Shown: piece after piece, positions 26,838 to 37,093 of the stretch | Position numbering within the stretch: position 1 is the stretch's first letter | Layout: every line of letters begins with the position of its first letter | Assembly: GCA_036736205.1 (NCBI GenBank) | Contig: DAINMX010000002.1 | Location: 6,001 to 70,000 of the forward strand | DNA length: 64,000 nucleotides | DNA from: Myxococcota bacterium | Lineage (GTDB): Bacteria > Myxococcota > XYA12-FULL-58-9 | Direction of reading: 5' to 3' | Position numbers and translations under genes: made by a program | The notes under the pieces: model-generated | Seen by the model: only the letters and a program-made list of their open reading frames with translations | Databases searched by the model: none | Told to the model about the DNA's origin: nothing

Positions 26838-27686
26838 TCAACGGCGAGAGAGCAGTCTGACCTCGATGATCGTCTCGCCAGCGCCGATGAAATCGCCGCT
26901 CTTGATAACGGCACGTCTGACTCTCTGTTGGTTGAGCACAGTGCCATTGACGCCGCCAAGATCAACCAATTCAATGGCGTCGCCAGCATCAACGAGAATG
27001 AAATGGCGACGGGACATCCGCATGTCACCAGGAATCGACACCTCGACGTTTTCCCCACGGCCAAAATCGATGGACTTGCCAGCCTTAAGCCAATGCCTTT
27101 GTCCCTTTGCAGGACCGCTAACCACGATAAGCTCGGCCGCGGCCACTTCACTGGTCGATTCTCGCCCGGGAGCGTCACCAACCCAGGTTGCAGCTTCACC
27201 GCCTGGCATTGCCGCTGCGGACATGGGCGAGTGCGGGACCTTGTAATGCTGCTCGATAGCCTGACGCACCTGGGTCGCAGTGCTCACCAACGGCCGCACC
27301 ACCATACCCGTTTTGAACTGCAGATTGTCGATGAGTTGAATGTTGGTGGGATCAGCCATGGCAAGAACCAATCGGCGACGATGCCCCTCGCGCTCCAGAC
27401 GCACTGGTATCATCAAGCTCGCAAACGCCTCCGAGACGCTGACGGTGCGCAGTGCCTCCTGTGTGGGCGTCGTGTGAATCAGATCAATCGCCGGCAGATG
27501 CAGTGCCCTTGACAGGACATCCAGAATCACATCCTCGGTGGTCAAACCGAGCTGCAGAATCACTTCACCTAGCTTGGGACGGCGGACCGCGTGGCGCTGA
27601 TGTTCCAGCGCTGCCTCGATCTGTTTGCGGGAGAGAACTCCCGCCTGCACCAACAGCTCTCCCAACCGAGCTCGCATCTCAACCAC
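26838..27686 (-). CDS. MshEN (T2SS-E N-terminal, c-di-GMP-binding type) domain fused to a C-terminal FHA domain
   Basis: RLGELLVQAGVLSRKQIEAALEHQ and KLGEVILQLGLTTEDVILDVLSRAL fit the two RLGxxLLxxGhhxxxxLxxxLxxQ MshEN motifs. The C-terminus (...GKSIDFGRGENVEVSIPGDMRMSRRHFILV...NGTVLNQQRV...) is a typical FHA domain. Confidence 0.75.
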   Translation of the reverse strand: MVEMRARLGELLVQAGVLSRKQIEAALEHQRHAVRRPKLGEVILQLGLTTEDVILDVLSRALHLPAIDLIHTTPTQEALRTVSVSEAFASLMIPVRLEREGHRRRLVLAMADPTNIQLIDNLQFKTGMVVRPLVSTATQVRQAIEQHYKVPHSPMSAAAMPGGEAATWVGDAPGRESTSEVAAAELIVVSGPAKGQRHWLKAGKSIDFGRGENVEVSIPGDMRMSRRHFILVDAGDAIELVDLGGVNGTVLNQQRVRRAVIKSGDFIGAGETIIEVRLLSRR

Positions 27687-27790
27687 ACCTCACAATGCAA
27701 CCCTGCACGGGGATGCTATCCGCATTCGCGCAAGAATCGAAGCTTTCGATGATTTCATTTCGACGAAGTTCGCTGTGAAAATCAGAATGC

Positions 27791-29416
27791 TCAGGCGAGG
27801 ATCTCCTGGTGCTCGCCAAACACCTCACGCAGCGTGTTTGAGACCTCACCCACCGTCGCCATGGCCCGGACCGCGTCGAGGATCTTGGGCATGAGGTTGT
27901 CGCCCCCGCGTGCAGCTTTGGACAGAACACGCAAAGCATTATCGCAGGCAGTTTGGTCGCGACCGCTGCGGACGGCGGTGAGTCGCGCCTTCTGGATCGC
28001 CTCGGTTTCCGGGTTGGGACGCAACAGATCAGCAGGCGGGGCCGCCTTGCCGACAAAATCATTGACGCCGACGACAACCTGCTCACGGCTCTCTATCGCC
28101 AGCTGCGCACGGTAAGACGCGTCCTGGATTTGCCGTTGTGGGAAACCTTGCTCGATGGCGGCCACCATGCCGCCCATCTCGTCAATTCTACCAATCAGGG
28201 TTTGCGCCAATGTGTACAATTGGTCCGTCATGGCCTCGATCAGGTATGAGCCCCCCAACGGATCGGCAACGTCGGCAACGCCGGCCTCGTGGGCCAAGAT
28301 CTGCTGTGTTCGAAGGGCAATCGTCGCAGACTTCTCAGAGGGCAACGCGAGCGCCTCATCCATCGAGTTTGTGTGCAAGCTCTGGGTCCCACCAAGCACC
28401 GCCGCCAACGCTTGGATGGTGACCCGCACGATGTTGTTCTCCGGTTGTTGCGCGGTGAGCGTACTTCCCGCCGTCTGAGTATGAAAACGCAGCATCAACG
28501 ACCGTGGATCTTTGGCGCCAAAGCGGTCACGCATCAACGTCGCCCACAGCCTTCTCGCCGCCCGGAACTTCGAGACCTCCTCCATCAGATCGTTGTGGGC
28601 ATTGAAAAAAAACGCCAAGCGCGGCGCGAACTCATCGACAGCGAGTCCAGCATCGATCGCCGCCTGCACATAGGCCATGCCGTCTGCCAAGGTGAAGGCG
28701 ATCTCCTGCGCCGCTGTCGAGCCGGCTTCGCGAATGTGATAACCCGAAATCGAAATGGTGTTCCACTTGGGTACCTCACTCTTGCAGAAGGCAAAGATGT
28801 CGGTGACCAAACGCATCGACGGCCGCGGTGGAAAAATGTAGGTGCCGCGGGCAATGTACTCTTTGAGGATGTCGTTCTGAATGGTGCCGCGCAGCTTGCC
28901 AAAGGGAACCCCCTGGCGCTCAGCCACGGCCAGAACCATGCAGAGCAGAGTGCTCGCCGTCGAGTTGATCGTCATCGACACCGAAACATCGTCGAGAGGA
29001 ATACCGGTGAGCAACACCTCCATGTCTGCGAGACTGTCGATCGCCACCCCGACCTTGCCCACCTCACCGAGGGCGCGCGGAGAGTCCGAATCGTAGCCCA
29101 TCTGCGTCGGCAGATCGAACGCCACGGACAAACCTGTCTGGCCCTGCTCCAACAAATAACGATAGCGGCGATTCGACTCGGCCGCATCGCCAAAGCCTGC
29201 GTATTGCCGCATGGTCCACAGGCGGGAGCGGTACATCGTCGGATGCACCCCGCGTGTGTATGGGAACTGCCCGGGCAAATCGGAGTCGTCGACATCGGCG
29301 TAGACCGGATCGAGTTCGATGCCGCTGGTCGTACTGAACGGGGACCGGCGCTCCGCCTTTGCCGCCACCGCCGGACCATAGACTTCTTTGAGCCATTGTT
29401 CGTATGCGCGTGTCAT
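27791..29416 (-). CDS. Methylmalonyl-CoA mutase-family large-subunit catalytic (substrate-binding TIM-barrel) domain protein, without a B12-binding domain
   Basis: Start set at [11 protein letters not shown] (29416), so it does not overlap the divergent gene at 29484. Collinear identity to MCM alpha ([80 protein letters not shown]). It ends where the B12 domain would begin. Confidence 0.85.
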   Translation of the reverse strand: MTRAYEQWLKEVYGPAVAAKAERRSPFSTTSGIELDPVYADVDDSDLPGQFPYTRGVHPTMYRSRLWTMRQYAGFGDAAESNRRYRYLLEQGQTGLSVAFDLPTQMGYDSDSPRALGEVGKVGVAIDSLADMEVLLTGIPLDDVSVSMTINSTASTLLCMVLAVAERQGVPFGKLRGTIQNDILKEYIARGTYIFPPRPSMRLVTDIFAFCKSEVPKWNTISISGYHIREAGSTAAQEIAFTLADGMAYVQAAIDAGLAVDEFAPRLAFFFNAHNDLMEEVSKFRAARRLWATLMRDRFGAKDPRSLMLRFHTQTAGSTLTAQQPENNIVRVTIQALAAVLGGTQSLHTNSMDEALALPSEKSATIALRTQQILAHEAGVADVADPLGGSYLIEAMTDQLYTLAQTLIGRIDEMGGMVAAIEQGFPQRQIQDASYRAQLAIESREQVVVGVNDFVGKAAPPADLLRPNPETEAIQKARLTAVRSGRDQTACDNALRVLSKAARGGDNLMPKILDAVRAMATVGEVSNTLREVFGEHQEILA

Positions 29417-29483
29417 GACCCGATCGTCTAGCACAAATTCGTATTGTGTCCCCCAGTTTGTGACGTATGGTGTTTGGAACCCG

Positions 29484-30395
29484 ATGGAAAGAATATCCAC
29501 CATACTGCGTGCTGCGCCGAGGCTGTGCGCGGCCCTCGCAACAGCAACTCTGGCAACCGCGGGGTTCGTGGGTTCGCACTGTCCGGCAAATCCTCTCCAG
29601 GAGTTGGAAGGATTCGACGCCGCCGTGGCATATCTCGAGCAGAGCAGCAGCACAGGGTCGTTCGTCGTCGTTTGGCCCCCGGAGCAAGCGAGCGCCCTGC
29701 AGAGGTTGCCTGTCTCCCTACGCGCAGCGGATGCCGTTCCCTTCGAAAAGACCGACCGGCGTCAATACAGTCGCATCGCCGTCATTGGGCCAGCCGGCTT
29801 TTGCACCCCACCGGAGCTCGGTGCCGCCCTGGCCGAGCCGCGCAAGCGCTTCCACGAGGTGGAGATCGGCACCTTCCTATGGGAGACCGATGACCGCGTC
29901 GTTTTTGACTTACGCGCCGATCTGGGACAGGTGCGCCTCCTCTTGGAAGGCACCGGCACAACACTCGAGTGTGACAAGCGGCGACCGGACGGCGGCTGGA
30001 GCTGCCCCGGCAGGCCACCGTGGAATCACGTCGCGCCGACCTCACTCACGGTGGAGGGACAAAACTGGCCGGCGGTTTGGGCCCATCCGGTGGCACAACA
30101 CCAGCTCATCATCGACCTCGGAGAGCGGGAGTTGGCAGATCACATCGAAGTCTCCGCGGCCTTGGCCGACGCCGCCGTTTCCACGCCCAACGGTGCGACC
30201 GTGCAGGTGCTGTTGGAGGTGGATGGGATGGGCAAACAAACCCTCAACCGCATTAACAGCCGTGGCATCGCTAGCATGGCCATGCCCACACAGCCCGGCA
30301 CCAAGGCCAAGGTGCGACTGACGGTGAGCGCTCTCCGTGACGGTCGCCGCCACCTCGGCATCAACCTGCGGATTGTGGAAAAACGGACGCCATGA
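29484..30395 (+). CDS. Hypothetical exported protein (303 aa)
   Basis: Start at [33 protein letters not shown] (signal-peptide-like). The ORF-track 5' extension overlaps the MCM gene. No domain recognised. Confidence 0.5.
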   Translation: MERISTILRAAPRLCAALATATLATAGFVGSHCPANPLQELEGFDAAVAYLEQSSSTGSFVVVWPPEQASALQRLPVSLRAADAVPFEKTDRRQYSRIAVIGPAGFCTPPELGAALAEPRKRFHEVEIGTFLWETDDRVVFDLRADLGQVRLLLEGTGTTLECDKRRPDGGWSCPGRPPWNHVAPTSLTVEGQNWPAVWAHPVAQHQLIIDLGERELADHIEVSAALADAAVSTPNGATVQVLLEVDGMGKQTLNRINSRGIASMAMPTQPGTKAKVRLTVSALRDGRRHLGINLRIVEKRTP

Positions 30396-32170
30396 ACGAC
30401 GAGTGTACACCTGCCGCCGAGGATGCGGCGCCGTCTGCACCTGCCACCGAGGATGCGGCGCCGTCTACACCTGCCGTCGAAGGCACCGCACCTGAAGCTA
30501 TTTCGCACAGTGATAGACTCGCCGCCCATGCCGAGGGTCGGCCCTTACTCACCGCCGCGATTGTCTTTTTCTTCTTCTTGGTGATCGGCATTACCATCGA
30601 CAACAGAGTCCCCTGGACTGACGACGCCCGCTTCTATGTTCCGGCAGCCGCCGCGTATGGCGAGTGGGCGGTAGCAGCCCTGACCTTCGATAGCAACGCC
30701 TGGTCACGCACGGGCATCGAGCATGCCTTTCGCGAAAACCACGAGCACCCTCCCGTCGGCAAGTATGCCATGGCCGCCACCTGGTTGGTGTTCCACCGCT
30801 CCACCGGCATGGTCGATGAGGTACGGGCGTGCCGCCTCGGCGTCATTCTCCTGTGGGCGATGATGGTCGCCATGGTCTTCTGGTGCATCAGTCGGATTCG
30901 CGGACTTGGGCCGGGGTTGTTCGGCGCCTTTGCCCTCGCCACAATGCCGCGGGTTCTGTTCGACGGTCAGGTCGAGACCCTCGACCTACCCGTCGCGGCT
31001 CTCACGGTCGCCACCTTTGCCCTCCTCTGGCAGTGCCTCGAGAATCCTCGCTGGCCGATCATCGCCGCCACCGTTGTCGTCTTTGGTCTCGCACTCGGCA
31101 CTAAGCTCAACGCGCCATTCTTCCTGGTGGCCCTGTTTGCTTACTGGCTACTCTTATCACCGCCGAGAAGAACGCCCCAGGGCTTGCGCCTCGGCTCGGT
31201 TCCCGTCGTCATCTTGGGGATGACTCTGGTCTCACCGCTGATTGTTTGGCTCGTGTGGCCATGGATGTGGTTCGACACCCTGGCGCGATTGCAGCAGTAC
31301 CTCCAATACCACCTGCACCATTATAATATCCTCTTCTACTTTCGCGGGGTCCTCTACAGCGAAGAGGTCGCCCCGTGGTACGCGCCCACCCTATTGGCTG
31401 GGGTCACCGTTCCCGTGTGCATTCTCCTGCTCGCTGCGTTCGGTGCTTGGCTTGCGGCCCGCGCCATCGCCGCCCGCATGCGCTCGTTCCGATGCCCCGG
31501 CAATGATCCGTTGGCCGACAACGCCAACGCGCGATTTGCGGTGTTGGCGGCCATCACAGGGACGGTGCAACTCGTCGCCGTCTCACTTCCAGGAGTTCCA
31601 GTCTACGGCGGCGTCAAGCTGTTTCTTCCTGCCTTTCCCTTCATCGCCATCCTCGCCGGATTGGGTTTCGCAGAGCTGCAACAAGAAATCCAGAAGGTCG
31701 TTCAGAGAATCCACCTGCGCCCGTGGTTGAGCGGGGGACTCGCCGTCGCCCTTCTCTTGCCTGGCCTGCTCGGCGTCTTCGCCTATCACGGAGCCTGGCT
31801 GTCCTACTACAACGAGCCCGCGGGCGGCCTGCGAGGCGCCGTCGCCGCCGGATACGAGCGGCAATATTATGACCTCGCCTACCCAGAGATCCCCAAAGCC
31901 CTCAACGACTTGCTGCCCAACGGTGGCTCCGTGGCGTTTCTACCCAACCCCAAGGAATACACGCCCTACCTCGCCCGGTGGCAAAAAAGCGGCGACTTGC
32001 ATCGGAACATCCGGCGGGCCCCACCCGAGAACGCTGACCTCTTGGTCCTCACCCACGAGCGGCGTTGGCAAGAGTACCCCGAACTGCAAGCTCGCTACCG
32101 TACCCACCGGCTCGCCGCCCAACACAAGGTCGCTGGCGTACCTCTCTTTTCGATCTACGACTTGCGTTGA
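30392..32170 (+). CDS. Polytopic membrane glycosyltransferase-like protein (GT-C fold; ArnT/PMT/GT39-83-like) with repetitive Ala/Pro/Glu-rich N-terminal tail
   Basis: 592 aa with at least 10 hydrophobic helices and large C-terminal soluble domain. The architecture is typical of GT-C glycosyltransferases. The call is from topology only, and no catalytic DxD loop could be confirmed. Confidence 0.5.
   Translation: MNDECTPAAEDAAPSAPATEDAAPSTPAVEGTAPEAISHSDRLAAHAEGRPLLTAAIVFFFFLVIGITIDNRVPWTDDARFYVPAAAAYGEWAVAALTFDSNAWSRTGIEHAFRENHEHPPVGKYAMAATWLVFHRSTGMVDEVRACRLGVILLWAMMVAMVFWCISRIRGLGPGLFGAFALATMPRVLFDGQVETLDLPVAALTVATFALLWQCLENPRWPIIAATVVVFGLALGTKLNAPFFLVALFAYWLLLSPPRRTPQGLRLGSVPVVILGMTLVSPLIVWLVWPWMWFDTLARLQQYLQYHLHHYNILFYFRGVLYSEEVAPWYAPTLLAGVTVPVCILLLAAFGAWLAARAIAARMRSFRCPGNDPLADNANARFAVLAAITGTVQLVAVSLPGVPVYGGVKLFLPAFPFIAILAGLGFAELQQEIQKVVQRIHLRPWLSGGLAVALLLPGLLGVFAYHGAWLSYYNEPAGGLRGAVAAGYERQYYDLAYPEIPKALNDLLPNGGSVAFLPNPKEYTPYLARWQKSGDLHRNIRRAPPENADLLVLTHERRWQEYPELQARYRTHRLAAQHKVAGVPLFSIYDLR
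30410..30499 (+). repeat. 3 x 30-nt tandem repeat (cctgccRccgaggatgcggcgccgtctRca; third copy degenerate) encoding PAAEDAAPSA-PATEDAAPST-PAVEGTAPEA
   Basis: Read directly. It lies in the N-terminal tail of the GT-C gene. Confidence 0.75.
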
Positions 32171-32227
32171 GCATGCCCATTCCGGCGTAACCTGATAGCA
32201 TATTTGGGTCATCAGAAAGGACCTGAC

Positions 32228-35200
32228 ATGCGCTCGTCACCAGTGTGGGTCGCGATGTTGTGGGCCGGCTGCCAAGCGCCAGCCCCTGGTGTCCAAGAGT
32301 CACCCCTCGGCGCAATATCGTCACCCCAATCGGGCCAAGGTTCTGAGCGTCCTTTTGCTGCTACCTCCGGCAGCTTCACCGGTCATAGCAACCGCTACCA
32401 GATGACTGCTCGTTGGCAACAACAGGGCATGCTGATCGAGAGGCAAAACAGCATCCACGTCGCTGCCTTGGGTCAAAGCGGCGCACCCGCCCTCGGTCGC
32501 TGTCAGTCCGACACTCCGGATGGCGCCCACTGCGGACAGCGACTGGAGATCGAAGGGCCTGGCATGATCGAGTGGTGGGAGAATCGCAAGGACGGTCTGG
32601 CCCACGGCTTCGACGTCCACCAACCTTCGACCACAGGGCTGCTGCGTGTTTCCCTGGTGGTCTCCGGTGCACGGGTGATGCTGGCCGCCAACAGTCGTAG
32701 CGCAACCTTCGTTCCCCCGTTTGGGCACCATTTCCGTTATGCAGAGCTCGAAGCCCGGGACGCCATGGGCGACTCATTGCCAGCCTGGATGGAGCCAACC
32801 GCAGAGGGCCTGGCATTGGTCGTCGATGATGCCGCGGCTATCTATCCTGTCGTCATCGACCCACTACTCACCCCAGAGCCCTGGTCGATGAACTACCTGG
32901 CGGCATCTGTCGCTACCGCCGGAGATCTCAACGGTGACGGATTCGCCGATATCATCATCGGCGAGCCCACCTTCAATACAGGTCAAGGTAGAGTTGTCGT
33001 CTTCTACGGCTCCGCCTCGGGTTTGAGAGACACCGGCGACTGGGAGTATTTGAGCGATATGATCGCCGAGGGATTTGGCACATCCACTGCGTACGCCGGC
33101 GACGTCAACGGCGACGGATTCGGCGACATCGTCGTGGGCGCGCCATCCCTCAACGGCCCGACCGAGGCAAAAGCCTACCTCTTCTATGGCGGTCCCAACT
33201 CTCCGCAACTGGCACATGCCTGGTCCGACGCGCCCGAAGCTGGATTTGGCATCTCCGTCGCATCAGCCGGCGATGTCAACGCCGACGGCTTTGCCGATGT
33301 CATCGTCGGTGCCCATTTATACAGCGATGGGGAAGATGCCGAGGGCAGCGCCTGGGTCTACCTTGGCTCGACGGACGGATTGCAGTTCCCACAGGTGTGG
33401 ACCTACCAGCCCAACGAAGCCCTTGCCGGTTTTGGCTTCGCTGTCGCCTCCGCAGGGGATGTCAATGCCGATGGGTACAGCGACATCGTTGTTGGCGCCA
33501 AACGTGGGAACGCCCATGTGGGCCGTGCCTATTTGTTCCGAGGTGCAGGCGACGGCATCTCTGCCGACCTCTCACAAATCCTCGATCTCGAAAGCGGTGC
33601 CGCCGGTTCACTCTTTGGTGCCACGGTCAGCACCGCAGGCGACCTCAACGGTGACGGCTACAGCGACCTCGTTGTCGGCGCTGCCGCCTACGCTGGTTCC
33701 GCCGGCGCAACCGTACTGTATTTTGGCAACGCGACAGGCCTGGGCGAGCCGATCATTATCCAAGGCGAAACGGGAGACACCCTAGGGGCTTCAGTTGCCT
33801 GTGCCGGCGACGTCAACGGCGATGGCTTCGCAGATGTCGTGGCCGGGTCTCCCAGCACTGCCAGTTCTGTGCCTCACATCACCATGATCTTCGGTGCTAG
33901 CGATGGCTTCCGCGAGGACACCCAGGCTGCAACGAGCAGTGGGAACTCGGAGTTCGGCACCAACGTCGCCGGTGCTGGCGACGTCAACGGCGACGGATTC
34001 GGCGATGTCTTGGTGTCAGCCCCAGGCGATAAACGGGTCTATCTCTACATGGGCGCTGCATCCGCGAGCGGAACCGACGCAACATCGGTCTCGGGAGTAA
34101 CCAACGAGACGCTGGGCTTCATTGTGGCTGGGGCTGGCGACATCAATGGCGACGGTTTCGATGACGCCATTGTGGGTGCGTCAGGAAACGAGTCCGCCGG
34201 TGTGGACCCATCTGCGCAAATCTTTTTTGGTCTCTCGGGCTCTTTGCGCCATGGCCCCAACATCAATCCTGGCCTTGCGGGCGCCTGGACGGTCGCCACA
34301 GCGGGCGATACCAACGGCGATGGATACAGCGACGTCCTGGTCGGGGTGCCTGCATCAGATGCCGGGCAAGTACACATCTATTATGGCGGCTCAAACGGAC
34401 TTGCCGACTCTCCCCTGACCATCGATCCGGGCGTGCCCGGATTTGGTACAGCGGTGGCTGGCGGCGAGCTCACCGGTGACGGCTTGTCCGACATCGTCGT
34501 TGGGGTGCCTTCCTCTGATGGTTCGACTGGTTTGGCACGTCTCTACCTCGGAGCCACCCTGGGAACTGGATCAGACTTGTTCGTTCCGCTCACCGCCCCA
34601 GGTGCCGGCAACCTGTTCGGAATCAGCGTCGCGTCTGTCGGGGATTTGGACAACGACGGATTCGGTGACCTCGTCATCGGCGATCCCTCGAATGATCAGA
34701 ACGGCGAAGACGCTGGTGCTGTGTCCATCTACCATGGCAGTAGCGAGGGGACCGATCTCGCCCGCACCCACATGATCACCGGCCCATCCGCGGGGATCCG
34801 ATTTGGCCGCAGAGTGGCGGCGGCAGGCGACGTTGACGGCGATGGCCGCGCAGATTTTCTCGTAAGCCAGGGGAACTCTGCGGGTGGCGTCTTTCTCGTG
34901 TGTGGCTCGAGCCTCGATCTAATTGGCATCGAGCCGGTGGTCACAAACGGGAGCTACTTCGGCCGATCGTTGGCATCAGCCGGCGACGTCAACGGCGATG
35001 GCCTCGGGGACGTTGTCATCGGCGATCTCAGCACATCAACAAGCGGCCGCGTGGCTCTCTACCTCGGTCAACGTGGTTGCAGCCTGGGCCACCTCCGCGA
35101 CATCGAGCCGATTGTGCCCGATCCGTTCTTTGGGATCACACTCTCGAGCGGGGATTTCAATGGTGATGGATACGGCGATCTCCTCATTGGCGCACCAGAA

Positions 35201-37084
35201 CACCCCTCTTCCCTCACCGGTGGCAGTTTCTTCGTATACTGGGGCAACGACACCAAAAACTCCGAAGCCGGCCGGCCGCTACTGGCCGTGCCATCAACCC
35301 GTCAACTGGCAACCCCGATCGCCCCCGAGGGGATCACTGACGTGAGCAATGGCTTCACCCTGCTTATGTCGGGCGCGACGCCTTTTGGACGCAGCCGTGC
35401 CGTTGTGCAAGCAGAGGTCAAAGTTCACGGTGTGCCATTTGACGGCAAGAATCTGCTCACCGGTCGGCCTTTCGCACCATCCACCGACGCCGTCGAGACA
35501 GCCATCGGTTTCCTCGAGGAAAAGACGCCCTACCATTGGCGCGCGCGGCTCCTGTATGACCCTGCCATGGGTCATCCCCAAGGTTGGTCCCATTGGGTAT
35601 GGGGCGGGATCTCCGGACGAGCGAACGATGTTCACCTGCGCACCACCACCTGCACGATTTCCAGCCCTGACAGCAATGATATTAACTGCAATGGCATCGA
35701 CGAGAATTGCGACGGCGCCTTTGACGAAGGTTTTGTGGGGGACGCCGTGAGCTGCGGCGTGGGTGCCTGCAAGGTGACCACTTCGCTCGTGTGCAACCTG
35801 GGCCGTATCGAAAACCCCTGTGTCCCCCTGGTGCCAGCATTCGAGGATGACACCACCTGCGACAGCGTCGACGACAACTGCAATGGCGTCACCGATGAGA
35901 ATTTTAGCGAAAGCGAGACCGTCTGCGGCAAGGGGCCATGTGCCGCAACGGGCGTCCTGACCTGCACGGCTGACGGGGAGAAGGTCGACACATGTCAGCC
36001 CGCCCCGGCGCTCGCCGTAGATGATGCCACTTGCGACAGTGTGGACGATGACTGCGATGGTTTCCTCGACGAAGATGTCAATATGGATAGCTGTGCCACG
36101 GGCGCTCTGTGCGAAGTGGCGGTCTGCAATCCCTTTATCACCCCGCCGGGTTGTTCCGTTTCCTACATCACGGGTTGCTGCACCGACGTGTCCGACTGCC
36201 CGTCGACCACCTGCCTTTCCCCTTCTTGCGTTGGCAACAACTGCATGTTGGAGGCCAGAGCCGATTGTTGCAGCAGCGAGTCTGACTGCAATGACCAGAA
36301 CCCATGCACAATTGATTCCTGTGTCGCAGGTGCCTGCCAGAACGAAGCCATCGCTCACTGCTGCGTCACCGACGCCGACTGTTTCGATGAAAATCCCTGT
36401 ACCTTTGACCGCTGCAACGCCGAGCGCCGTTGCATGTACAGCCCAACGAGTTGCGGCACCGACGGTCCATGTGGCGACGATTCCTCATGTTGGTACAGTG
36501 GCGCTGTGGTGAGTCTCGGTGTGGAGAGCCCAGACACCGCCGTCGTCAAAGGTGCGTTACCCACGGCCGTGATGCACATCGATCTCACCACCGAGGCCAT
36601 CGGCGGCACCCTCGACACCCTGCGCCTCGGCCTCACTGGGACGACCTCCCTCGAGGCATCCCTGTTCATTGATCCCGACGGTGACGGCATCGACGGTGAC
36701 ACTCCACTTGCCACAGCCACCGTGACCAACGCAGAGATCCTATTCGAGGTCGGCCACACTCTTCTGCCCGCCACCACGACCACTTTCGTCGTCGCCCTGC
36801 GGCGTATCGATGCCAAGACCGGAACCTCCGCCGCAATTCTACTCGCTCTGTTGTTTGCCGTTGTGGCAGTCGCGGAGCGCCACCGTTTTGCGGTGGCGCT
36901 GGTGTGTACCCTGATGGCGTTGTCTTTGATGTCCGCTTGCGCCTACACCGCGCTGAAATTGCCGCAAATCGGTATCATCACCATCGCAACCGATGACAGC
37001 GTCATGGTGACGCCGTCCCATAGTTCCCTGCGAATCGCAGTACGCGGTGCCCCTATCGAGAGCGCACCCTTTCGCGTCGAGTAG
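32228..37084 (+). CDS. Giant surface protein (about 1619 aa): signal peptide, about 14-16 FG-GAP/integrin-alpha-type repeats, then MopE-like Cys-rich CxxCDxxDDxC repeats and a hydrophobic C-terminal segment
   Basis: Start at the ATG at 32228 (MRSSPVWVAMLWAGC) with AAAGGA upstream. Recurrent FG-GAP motifs DLNGDGFADIIIGEP, DVNGDGFGDIVVGAP, DVNADGYSDIVVGA, etc. Later repeats CDSVDDNCNGVTDE...CGKGPC and CDSVDDDCDGFLDED. C-terminal helix AAILLALLFAVVAVA. Confidence 0.8.
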   Translation: MRSSPVWVAMLWAGCQAPAPGVQESPLGAISSPQSGQGSERPFAATSGSFTGHSNRYQMTARWQQQGMLIERQNSIHVAALGQSGAPALGRCQSDTPDGAHCGQRLEIEGPGMIEWWENRKDGLAHGFDVHQPSTTGLLRVSLVVSGARVMLAANSRSATFVPPFGHHFRYAELEARDAMGDSLPAWMEPTAEGLALVVDDAAAIYPVVIDPLLTPEPWSMNYLAASVATAGDLNGDGFADIIIGEPTFNTGQGRVVVFYGSASGLRDTGDWEYLSDMIAEGFGTSTAYAGDVNGDGFGDIVVGAPSLNGPTEAKAYLFYGGPNSPQLAHAWSDAPEAGFGISVASAGDVNADGFADVIVGAHLYSDGEDAEGSAWVYLGSTDGLQFPQVWTYQPNEALAGFGFAVASAGDVNADGYSDIVVGAKRGNAHVGRAYLFRGAGDGISADLSQILDLESGAAGSLFGATVSTAGDLNGDGYSDLVVGAAAYAGSAGATVLYFGNATGLGEPIIIQGETGDTLGASVACAGDVNGDGFADVVAGSPSTASSVPHITMIFGASDGFREDTQAATSSGNSEFGTNVAGAGDVNGDGFGDVLVSAPGDKRVYLYMGAASASGTDATSVSGVTNETLGFIVAGAGDINGDGFDDAIVGASGNESAGVDPSAQIFFGLSGSLRHGPNINPGLAGAWTVATAGDTNGDGYSDVLVGVPASDAGQVHIYYGGSNGLADSPLTIDPGVPGFGTAVAGGELTGDGLSDIVVGVPSSDGSTGLARLYLGATLGTGSDLFVPLTAPGAGNLFGISVASVGDLDNDGFGDLVIGDPSNDQNGEDAGAVSIYHGSSEGTDLARTHMITGPSAGIRFGRRVAAAGDVDGDGRADFLVSQGNSAGGVFLVCGSSLDLIGIEPVVTNGSYFGRSLASAGDVNGDGLGDVVIGDLSTSTSGRVALYLGQRGCSLGHLRDIEPIVPDPFFGITLSSGDFNGDGYGDLLIGAPEHPSSLTGGSFFVYWGNDTKNSEAGRPLLAVPSTRQLATPIAPEGITDVSNGFTLLMSGATPFGRSRAVVQAEVKVHGVPFDGKNLLTGRPFAPSTDAVETAIGFLEEKTPYHWRARLLYDPAMGHPQGWSHWVWGGISGRANDVHLRTTTCTISSPDSNDINCNGIDENCDGAFDEGFVGDAVSCGVGACKVTTSLVCNLGRIENPCVPLVPAFEDDTTCDSVDDNCNGVTDENFSESETVCGKGPCAATGVLTCTADGEKVDTCQPAPALAVDDATCDSVDDDCDGFLDEDVNMDSCATGALCEVAVCNPFITPPGCSVSYITGCCTDVSDCPSTTCLSPSCVGNNCMLEARADCCSSESDCNDQNPCTIDSCVAGACQNEAIAHCCVTDADCFDENPCTFDRCNAERRCMYSPTSCGTDGPCGDDSSCWYSGAVVSLGVESPDTAVVKGALPTAVMHIDLTTEAIGGTLDTLRLGLTGTTSLEASLFIDPDGDGIDGDTPLATATVTNAEILFEVGHTLLPATTTTFVVALRRIDAKTGTSAAILLALLFAVVAVAERHRFAVALVCTLMALSLMSACAYTALKLPQIGIITIATDDSVMVTPSHSSLRIAVRGAPIESAPFRVE

Positions 37085-37093
37085 ACCCCACCG

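Noticed and set aside
36780-37084. MYXO-CTERM-type sorting signal at the C-terminus of the giant FG-GAP protein
   Set aside because: There is a hydrophobic helix (AAILLALLFAVVAVA), but the characteristic Cys-containing tripeptide and the terminal Arg cluster are absent, and a further 70 residues follow.
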